This document shows, piece by piece, positions 54,951 through 60,900 of a stretch of DNA of 60,900 nt. The translations under genes and the position numbers were made by a program. The DNA lies in contig JAZQAS010000130.1 of the NCBI GenBank assembly GCA_045545335.1, forward strand, positions 1 through 60,900. Reading direction: 5' to 3'. The stretch comes from Candidatus Avispirillum sp. (GTDB taxonomy: Bacteria > Bacillota > Clostridia > Oscillospirales > CAG-272). The notes beneath the pieces are model-generated. The model did not search any database and was not told the origin of the DNA. It was given only the letters and a program-made list of their open reading frames with translations. Every line of letters starts with the position of its first letter. Positions within the stretch are counted from its first letter, which is position 1.

Positions 54951-55053
54951 TTTTTAGCTAAATTTGCCTTTTAGCTGGGCGAAGCCCAATTTAGCTTGCA
55001 TAGCAAATTTAGCTTGGCTTGCCGAATTTAGCTCGCGATAGCGTATTTAGCTG
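54951..55053 (+). repeat. Word-hairpin array, AGCTAAATT dialect (second block, right-arm type)
   Basis: It has a TTTAGCTAAATTT centre followed by AATTTAGCT three times and TATTTAGCT once. The hairpins are GGGC-gaa-GCCC, TGC-ata-GCA and CGC-gata-GCG. Confidence 0.8.
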
Positions 55054-55057
55054 AAAG

Positions 55058-55081
55058 AAAAGCACCCATCGGGTGCTTTTT
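55058..55081. terminator. Terminator-type hairpin (GCACCCATCGGGTGC; identical stem also at 57333-57357)
   Basis: GAAAAGCACCC-atc-GGGTGCTTTTT. No gene ends immediately upstream; it separates two arrays. Confidence 0.6.
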
Positions 55082-55225
55082 CAGTTATGATTGCCTTCGG
55101 CAAACGATGATTGCTACGCAAACGATGATTGCCTGCGGCAAGCTTTATAGGCAATCATATCATCGTTTTCCCGAAGGGAAATCATCGTGACCGAAGGTCT
55201 CATCACGCGCGAAGCGCTCATAACT
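55082..55225 (+). repeat. Word-hairpin array, CGATGAT dialect (copy 2)
   Basis: It reads CAGTTATGATTGCC-ttc-GGCAA ACGATGATTGC-tac-GCAA ACGATGATTGCC-tgc-GGCAA .. GGCAATCATATCATCG TTCCC-gaa-GGGAA ATCATCGT GACC-gaa-GGTC TCATCAC GCGC-gaa-GCGC TCATAAC. Its last 8 nt supply the final codons and stop of the SLOG gene. Confidence 0.85.
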
Positions 55226-55634
55226 CTATAACCCTTTTTCCTTTTCTTAGGGCAAGCTGCTGAAATTTATACGAGCCGCCTGCAGTATGCTTCACGTAGG
55301 TTATCACCGTATCAGCTTGGCTTATCATCCATTCATTTCTTTTTGTAATGGTAAATCTTTTTGGTACTGTTTCAAGCCCTTCGGGGAAAATGGTGTCTTT
55401 TCCTCCTTTTTCGGGGTATGTGGGTAAATAAGCTAAAACTTTGTAACAAACGATATGAGGATATATTGACCTTAAAGCAGTCAAAACCTCCCAAACAATA
55501 TTGTCGAAATTTCCTTGAGTTCCAACAAAAAACTTTGTAGCGTTTTCATTTTCTATCAGTTGAGTCAAGCATTCAGTCAGCTTTGGGCGCACTTCATTAT
55601 TTGCATACCTATGGCCGAAAAACGTACATAACAT
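55218..55634 (-). CDS. SLOG-superfamily protein (DUF1273/YpsA-like), possibly C-terminally truncated
   Basis: 138 aa with the pattern CTFFGHR..FFVGTQGNFDNIVWEVL..ADTVITYV..GGSY. The gene is AT-rich and the family assignment is from memory. Confidence 0.6.
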   Translation of the reverse strand: MLCTFFGHRYANNEVRPKLTECLTQLIENENATKFFVGTQGNFDNIVWEVLTALRSIYPHIVCYKVLAYLPTYPEKGGKDTIFPEGLETVPKRFTITKRNEWMISQADTVITYVKHTAGGSYKFQQLALRKGKRVIEL

Positions 55635-55769
55635 AATATCACCAAAAATTTTCCAATATATCCAATATAGATAATTAATATCTACTCTGTTAATTATTAT
55701 ATCTAAAAAAAGGATAAAATCAATATAACAGATATTAATTATCTAAAACGGATATTGTTGGAGAAGTGT

Positions 55770-56033
55770 ATGGCGAAGAGTATGTTCACAATAAAGGGAA
55801 ATATATGCTCAGAAAGAGTGAGGCTCGGAAGAGCATTGCAGAAGCCACCCATGACACAGGACGATCTTGCTCGTAAGATACAGCTTATGGGAATGGATAT
55901 AACTCCTCTGATAATTTCAAGAATTGAGAAAAATCAGCGTCACGTGTGCGATGCAGAGCTGAGAATGATAGCAAAAGCTCTCGGAGTAACGATGGATTGG
56001 CTTTGCGCTGATGAAGATATAAATATGGATTGA
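55770..56033 (+). CDS. XRE-family helix-turn-helix transcriptional regulator
   Basis: The HTH motif is MTQDDLARKIQLMGMDITPLIISRIEKNQR. ATG 55770 follows GGAG; the ORF track starts at TTG 55755. It is divergent from the SLOG gene. Confidence 0.75.
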   Translation: MAKSMFTIKGNICSERVRLGRALQKPPMTQDDLARKIQLMGMDITPLIISRIEKNQRHVCDAELRMIAKALGVTMDWLCADEDINMD

Positions 56034-56060
56034 AAAAAGCTCCCTTCGTGGAGCTTTTTT
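56033..56060 (+). terminator. Rho-independent terminator
   Basis: AAAAAAGCTCC-cttcgt-GGAGCTTTTTT. Confidence 0.8.
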
Positions 56061-56204
56061 CAGTTATGATTGCCTTTGGAAACGATAATTGGCTTCGCCA
56101 AACGATGATTGCCTTCGGCAAGTTAAAGGCAATCATATCATCGTTTTCCCGAAGGGAAATCATCGTGACCGAAGGTCTCATCACGCGCGAAGCACTCATA
56201 ACTG
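56061..56204 (+). repeat. Word-hairpin array, CGATGAT dialect (copy 3; direct repeat of 55082-55225)
   Basis: The right arm (77 nt, AGGCAATCATATCATCG..CTCATAACT) differs from copy 2 at one position by hand alignment. The left arm is more diverged. Confidence 0.85.
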
Positions 56205-56296
56205 AAATCATTTATTGGTGATACTTTACAAAAATGTTGATATGTGTTATACTATACTCAAACAAATAGAAGTGATAGCCCAAAGGAGGGGAAACC

Positions 56297-57211
56297 ATGA
56301 AACATTTCAATTTCGGACAGTGGAGCTTTAAGGTAGACGTAGAAAAAACGAAAGAATATTATAAAGAATATAATCGCCCGAAAACAGATACGGACAGAAA
56401 TTTCTATGAGAATTACAAAGACTTTTCTGCAGAAGAAAAGGAGTTTTTTGATTCTTTGGGTATAGATGTATTTTCCTGCCTTAAAGAAACTATCTGTATA
56501 AAAACAAATGAAACTGAAATACTGAACTGTAAAGTATATTGTCCCGTTTGTGCTGAATCTGTAAGTATTCCCGATATTTATTCTCTCCCAGTCGAAGAGA
56601 TAATAGACTGTCATATTAAAGGAATTCTCGACGAGCAGGATGAAAGGGTAGGAAGATTCAGAATTGATCTTTCGGGTAACGGCCGTTGTCCGTGCTTTTT
56701 ACCCGAAGGTTTTATTTGTTTTGTGTTATATTGTGATGAGATAAAATGGCTGCTTCCCGGCGAACCTGTGAAGTCAGACTATGATGAGATGCATAAACAG
56801 CATTATGAGGAAGCCTTTTCAAGGCTCGGTATTAATGCAACACCTTTAGATTGCGATACCGTAGCTCAACTCAAAACGGAATGGATGAATGCATTGTCCA
56901 AAAAATCAAAGAACCCAAACAAAGCAAAGAGATTAAGCGAAGATTGTATTTGGCATATTTTCAGCTTTGGACTTCTTAGATGTGATGATGAAGAAGTTGC
57001 GTCGAGGCAGTATGATAATCAGAACAAAAACAGTTGTATTTTTTTGAGTAATATAGACGACGTAGGCTACAGAATTGAAAATGCAGATGCGTTAAGTGCC
57101 GAAATACTTGATCAGTTCATAGACGTTACGGTAACTGCATCTGACTTTTCGTGGACTTACGTGAAAACACACGAATGTGATCTCGGTCCATACTTTTGTA
57201 AAATAGATTAG
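56297..57211 (+). CDS. Hypothetical Cys-rich protein (two-domain; the C-terminal half resembles small immunity/DUF-type proteins)
   Basis: 304 aa with a strong RBS AAAGGAGGGG. The gene is AT-rich and I cannot confidently name a family. Confidence 0.55.
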   Translation: MKHFNFGQWSFKVDVEKTKEYYKEYNRPKTDTDRNFYENYKDFSAEEKEFFDSLGIDVFSCLKETICIKTNETEILNCKVYCPVCAESVSIPDIYSLPVEEIIDCHIKGILDEQDERVGRFRIDLSGNGRCPCFLPEGFICFVLYCDEIKWLLPGEPVKSDYDEMHKQHYEEAFSRLGINATPLDCDTVAQLKTEWMNALSKKSKNPNKAKRLSEDCIWHIFSFGLLRCDDEEVASRQYDNQNKNSCIFLSNIDDVGYRIENADALSAEILDQFIDVTVTASDFSWTYVKTHECDLGPYFCKID

Positions 57212-57222
57212 AAAAGAATATT

Positions 57223-57252
57223 GAAATTTGTTTTAAAACAAATTTCGGTTTT
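57223..57252 (+). terminator. Palindromic terminator hairpin
   Basis: GAAATTTGTTTTAAAACAAATTTC followed by GGTTTT. Confidence 0.6.
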
Positions 57253-57332
57253 AACTGCCGAAGGCAATATAACTATGCGAAGCATAATATAACTGCGAAG
57301 CAATATAACTCACCTTCAGGTGAATATAACTG
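57253..57332 (-). repeat. Word-hairpin array, ATATCAC dialect, one-armed (GTTATATT words only)
   Basis: The minus strand reads CAG TTATATTCACC-tgaa-GGTGA GTTATATTGC-ttc-GCA GTTATATTATGC-ttc-GCATA GTTATATTGCC-ttc-GGCA. It follows the terminator of the minus-strand gene. Confidence 0.75.
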
Positions 57333-57357
57333 AAAAAGCACCCATCGGGTGCTTTTT
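57333..57357 (-). terminator. Rho-independent terminator of the 564-aa membrane protein gene
   Basis: AAAAAGCACCC-atc-GGGTGCTTTTT, 2 nt after the stop codon. Confidence 0.8.
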
Positions 57358-57359
57358 CT

Positions 57360-59054
57360 TTATCCAACCTTTTCACACTTTACGATATTACCTTCCGAGT
57401 GGCTGATCTCGACTACGTCGCCCTCGCTTAGGAGAAGCATCCTTTCGTGGTCGCAGGCCTTTGCCTTGAATATATTGTCCTCGGTGTCGATAACGTAGAT
57501 GTACGTGTTTCCGTCAATGTCGATGTACTTTACAGAGGCAATCGTAACCGTCACGTTTGTTAGCTTTTCAGGCTCCTTGCTTTCGTCATCTCTGTCGATT
57601 CCGAGAACGTCCTTGTATTTTTCAATACATTCGGCCTGCGTGGCAGCAGTTGTAACTATATTGTACTGCTCAACGTTAACCGTAGCGTAAAGCTTAACAA
57701 GGCCGCCGGAGTCCTTCAGCACCATAATGTAGGTAGGATGGCCTTCAATGTTGATAAGGGAAGGGAATGAGGCCTGATAACCCTTTTCCTGAACCTCGCC
57801 CTCAGCCGCCGCCATAGCGGATTTTTCGTCAGCTCCCGATACTGAGTAGTATCGGCTTTCACCCGTGCGCTCGTTTGCAAGAAGGAAGCCGATGTTTGAG
57901 CTGTCGCCGTTAACGGAGGTTATTCCCGTGTAGATCCAGATGTCTCCGTCCTTGGCAATATATCCGTAATCGGAAACGGGAGTAGAGTCAGAGCTTTCCT
58001 CTTCCTCTTCGCTTTCATAGTAGGTGGTGACCTGCTTGCAGCCCTTCTTTGCGAAGATGCTGTTGAAATAGCCGTTTTGGTACATACCGTGCCAGTTGTA
58101 CTGTTCGCATAATAGGTCGCCGTAGAAAACAACGTCTATCCAGTTGGGAATATCCTCAAGATCAAGTCTTTCAGTCTCACCGCTGACAGGGTCAAGAACG
58201 ATACAGCCCGTAACTGTCTTTCCGCCGAAAAGGGGAATAGTCTTATCAATAACGGAGGCTATATAGTAGGGCTTTCCCTCCTCGTCTATCTCAAAGTGGA
58301 GATTTTCAAAAAGAACCGTGGGATACTTTGTGCGAAGATATCTGTATGCATCCTCATTAAAGAATGCAGAGGGAGAATAGATCATACCGTCGCACTTGTT
58401 AAAGGTAGCAGACATTGAAACGGGGTCAACCGTAACAAAACCGCCGATGCCGCGGTCGCGGTTGTTTATCCATTTGAAAAAGCCTGCATACTCAAGAGCA
58501 GCTACCTTGACAGGGCGGCCCTTAAGATCTATCTGAGTATATTCCTCGGAAACGTCATACTGGCTCACAACGTCGGAGAGCGAGCCGATCTCTCGGTCGC
58601 CAAGCATCTGCGCAGATGAAGTATCCATAAGAGCGATGGAATCCGTGCCCACAGACTGCGCGATATCCTTGGTGAAATCTCCCTCGGATACCTTCATTAT
58701 CTCTGCATATGCGGTTGCATTGAAGACCGTTGTTGAAAAAACGAATAAGAGAAGTATAAGAGATGCAATAGCAATGGGAACGATATGATATTTTGCGGAG
58801 AAGATAAGGTCTGCCGCCTCAGAAGCATAATGGGCTCTTTTCTTTTTCTTGCGATCGGCAGCCTTCTTGTAATCTCTGAGACCGATTATAAGACGTGATA
58901 CGAGGGTGAAGGCCAAAGCTGAAAGGTTGATCAGCACCCAAAGTCCGATGCTCTTCGCGTTTATGGCAGGGCAGAAAAGATATCCGCCTATAAGCAAAAC
59001 GGCAACAGCGGCCACAGCACCCATAATATAGGGAAAATATTTTGCCTTTTTCAT
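57360..59054 (-). CDS. Membrane-anchored extracytoplasmic protein, conserved hypothetical
   Basis: 564 aa with three N-terminal TM segments followed by a large soluble domain. An RBS GGAG is present. Confidence 0.7.
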   Translation of the reverse strand: MKKAKYFPYIMGAVAAVAVLLIGGYLFCPAINAKSIGLWVLINLSALAFTLVSRLIIGLRDYKKAADRKKKKRAHYASEAADLIFSAKYHIVPIAIASLILLLFVFSTTVFNATAYAEIMKVSEGDFTKDIAQSVGTDSIALMDTSSAQMLGDREIGSLSDVVSQYDVSEEYTQIDLKGRPVKVAALEYAGFFKWINNRDRGIGGFVTVDPVSMSATFNKCDGMIYSPSAFFNEDAYRYLRTKYPTVLFENLHFEIDEEGKPYYIASVIDKTIPLFGGKTVTGCIVLDPVSGETERLDLEDIPNWIDVVFYGDLLCEQYNWHGMYQNGYFNSIFAKKGCKQVTTYYESEEEEESSDSTPVSDYGYIAKDGDIWIYTGITSVNGDSSNIGFLLANERTGESRYYSVSGADEKSAMAAAEGEVQEKGYQASFPSLINIEGHPTYIMVLKDSGGLVKLYATVNVEQYNIVTTAATQAECIEKYKDVLGIDRDDESKEPEKLTNVTVTIASVKYIDIDGNTYIYVIDTEDNIFKAKACDHERMLLLSEGDVVEISHSEGNIVKCEKVG

Positions 59055-59180
59055 TGTTAAACTCCTTAAGCTTATTATATCTCTGTAATTATATTACAGC
59101 GCAAAGCAATACAAATCAATACACAAAACTTAAAATTTGTCCAAAAAAGAGGGCTGCCAAAAATGCGGCAGCCCCTTTTG

Positions 59181-60584
59181 TCATTTCGCTTCAACGTATG
59201 TCTTTTTGTTGTATTCAAGAAGCTCTGAAAGGCTCTCGGTGTCGGGCAGGCCGATCATATCGAAATATGCCGTTCTGTCCTCGCCCACAGCCTCGGGAGC
59301 GGTCACCGTGAGATAGATGTGCTCAAGGTCGTAGAGCTCCTTTGCCGCGTAGGTCTTCTCGGGGTGATATTTTATCTTCGCCCCCATAAATGTAACGTGA
59401 CCCTCCTCGCGGGCAAATTCATCCTCGGAGGTGCAGTATTTAATCTGCTCGGCAAAAAACTGCTGATAGAGATATTTTCTGGGTGTTCTCGTGTAGCCAA
59501 GCTTTCCGCTCTCAAGGAGCGTGTAGGTGTAAAAATCGTTGTTGTACCAAGGCTCAGAAGGCTTTTCAAGATAAGCCTTCTCCTGGAGAGAAACGCAGGG
59601 CCCGTCGGTAGTAATAAGATAAAGGTCTTTGTTTGCCGTTTCAAAAACGAAGCAGTTTTCGGCTTCGAATATGTATAGAACGTGATTTGCGTTGAGGGTC
59701 AGAGGCTCTTCAAGGGTCTCCGTGTAGCCGTATGCGCTGACAGACTCAGCCATAAGCTTTTCGCTTGCCGCGTCAAGATAAACGTTCACCACTCCTTCGC
59801 CAAAGCGAAGCTCTGTAAGCTCGCCGTAGCTCTCGGCATCCGCCTCTATTCTGTCAAGAAGGGCGATAAGCTCAAAGCGCTTTTCCTCGTTGTGAGCGTT
59901 TCCAAGGGAGAGGTACGTGCCACCGTCCTCAAGAAGAATGCTCGCGTGAGGGGAGATAGTAAGGGACTCCACTATGGAGAGAAGGTCCTTTTCTCCCTTT
60001 AGCGAAAGCTTTATCATAGCGTCGTCAGAGAGCTTGACGTAAGCGTAGCAGGGGAGCTTTTTGTCGCAGTAGAGAACGTAGTCAAGGCCGCCCGCCGTTG
60101 TGCCCTCCTTGATGCTTTTGTAGGAGTCGGGAGTGTAGCCCAGGCGGTAAGAGTCGTACTCGCTCTCCTTTGCCTGACCCGAGCGGGTGTAGGCGTGGAT
60201 ATCCTTTGAGAAGGGGGCCTTTTCGCTGAGAAGGTATATTCCCTCAAAGGCGCCTGCGATCTCTTTTGTGTGAGTCTTGTAGATATCAAAGGTCGAAGCG
60301 CCGTAAAGCTCTTCGCCCCTTGCATTAAGCCCCTTGGGGAGAGTGAGAGTCACCTCAAAGGAGAGGGTGTTGTCAATGGGGTAGCCGTCGTTGTATATCC
60401 CCGTTTCAGCCGTAAAGGGGAAGATGCTTTCAGGGTATAAGGTAAAGCTCTTGTCTGCAATAAGGTCCTCAGCCGTCGTGTCCTGAGCTTGGCCGTCAGC
60501 CCTTTCGGGCTCCTTTTCTCCCTTGCAGGCAGACAAAAGGAGAAGCAGGGCTGCGGCGAGAGCTAAAAAGCGCAATTTTTTCAT
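59181..60584 (-). CDS. Lipoprotein, unknown function
   Basis: The signal peptide with lipobox is MKKLRFLALAAALLLLLSAC. The start was taken at the fifth codon of the ORF-track ORF, which begins at TTG 60596. Confidence 0.7.
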   Translation of the reverse strand: MKKLRFLALAAALLLLLSACKGEKEPERADGQAQDTTAEDLIADKSFTLYPESIFPFTAETGIYNDGYPIDNTLSFEVTLTLPKGLNARGEELYGASTFDIYKTHTKEIAGAFEGIYLLSEKAPFSKDIHAYTRSGQAKESEYDSYRLGYTPDSYKSIKEGTTAGGLDYVLYCDKKLPCYAYVKLSDDAMIKLSLKGEKDLLSIVESLTISPHASILLEDGGTYLSLGNAHNEEKRFELIALLDRIEADAESYGELTELRFGEGVVNVYLDAASEKLMAESVSAYGYTETLEEPLTLNANHVLYIFEAENCFVFETANKDLYLITTDGPCVSLQEKAYLEKPSEPWYNNDFYTYTLLESGKLGYTRTPRKYLYQQFFAEQIKYCTSEDEFAREEGHVTFMGAKIKYHPEKTYAAKELYDLEHIYLTVTAPEAVGEDRTAYFDMIGLPDTESLSELLEYNKKTYVEAK

Positions 60585-60652
60585 AGCGATCTCCAAAAAT
60601 ATTAGTATCTTAAGTTTATCATACTTTCTTCACTTTGTAAATAAGAATGTAA

Positions 60653-60684
60653 AAAACGGTACGCAACCCGCTTGCGTACCGTTT
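60653..60684. terminator. Intact ('empty') version of the hairpin that is split in element B
   Basis: AAAACGGTACGCAA-cccgc-TTGCGTACCGTTT. The arms are identical to 28411-28422 and 28830-28840. Confidence 0.65.
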
Positions 60685-60688
60685 CAGT

Positions 60689-60812
60689 CTGTCGAAAAAG
60701 GCGCAGAACAAAAGCCGCAAAACATATAATATTCAGTTCAATGAAAAAATACGTCAAAAAGTAGAAATCCGCCGAGAATATCGGCGGATTTCATTGTTAT
60801 AAGCGGCTTTTT
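60689..60812 (+). repeat. Nested-hairpin element Z (copy 2)
   Basis: CTGTCGAAAAAGGCGCAGAACAAAAGCCGC..GAAATCCGCCGA-gaata-TCGGCGGATTTC..GCGGCTTTTT. It aligns with the reverse complement of 35969-36095. Confidence 0.65.
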
Positions 60813-60893
60813 AGCCGCGAATTGTCCCTCTGTCGTACCTTTGTACGCCGACGACGGACAATTCACGGCTTCTTCATCCTTCTCGACAGCCCG
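60813..60893 (-). repeat. Possible variant copy of element Z with a different inner hairpin
   Basis: The minus strand reads CTGTCGAGAAGG..AAGCCGTG-[AATTGTCC..GGACAATT]-CGCGGCT. It shares the head and outer stem only and lies at the window edge. Confidence 0.35.
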
Positions 60894-60900
60894 AGGTCAG

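Noticed and set aside
54655-55225. The word-hairpin arrays could be interpreted as CRISPR arrays.
   Set aside because: The repeated word is only 8-10 nt and the intervening segments are 8-16 nt self-complementary hairpins rather than unique ~30-nt spacers. The word also inverts mid-array, and no cas genes or leader are present.
1-60900. I scanned for tRNA, rRNA and tmRNA genes, and for toxin-antitoxin, restriction-modification, retron and CBASS-type defence operons.
   Set aside because: No cloverleaf-like or rRNA-like segments were seen. The only methyltransferase (11298-12191) has no nuclease, specificity or helicase partner. RecD2 and ComFC are in their usual housekeeping arrangement.

Overview
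This is a 60.9-kb chromosomal window from an anaerobic, spore-forming Firmicute. My inference is Clostridia, Ruminococcus/Oscillospiraceae-like, based on dockerin modules, spo0A and an electron-bifurcating-type [FeFe]-hydrogenase operon. All non-CDS coordinates were located by hand and may be off by about 3 nt. The core genes are rarA, a hydC...hydB-hydA hydrogenase operon interrupted by a six-gene putative H2-sensing module, a recD2-comFC operon, and an S-box-controlled AI-2E-permease/metK operon. There are also two ABC transporter sets, a GHL10-like hydrolase, a ComEC-like MBL protein, spo0A, two divergent dockerin/DUF4838-like paralogs, rluA-like, serA-serC, two tandem NahK-like kinases, and a Wzz/BY-kinase/phosphatase trio. 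The remaining core genes are two tandem BNR (sialidase-like) proteins, an oxidoreductase and a sugar-phosphate isomerase. Accessory content includes a seven-gene phage head-type module (scaffold-like protein plus major capsid protein) with no portal, terminase, integrase or tail genes, located next to spo0A. It also includes several AT-rich cassettes: four-helix-bundle protein plus methyltransferase, RAYT-like HUH transposase plus GNAT, and SLOG plus XRE-HTH plus an unknown protein. The most unusual signal is non-coding. At least nine intergenic loci consist of arrays in which a constant 8-10 nt word alternates with tiny GC-rich hairpins, in three sequence dialects, and they always abut terminator hairpins. 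Two roughly 400-nt composite versions sit inside split terminator stems, and one of them has an intact 'empty' counterpart elsewhere in the window. GTAGGGG-headed REP-like palindromes and a third nested-hairpin repeat family are also present. No rRNA, tRNA or CRISPR array was seen.
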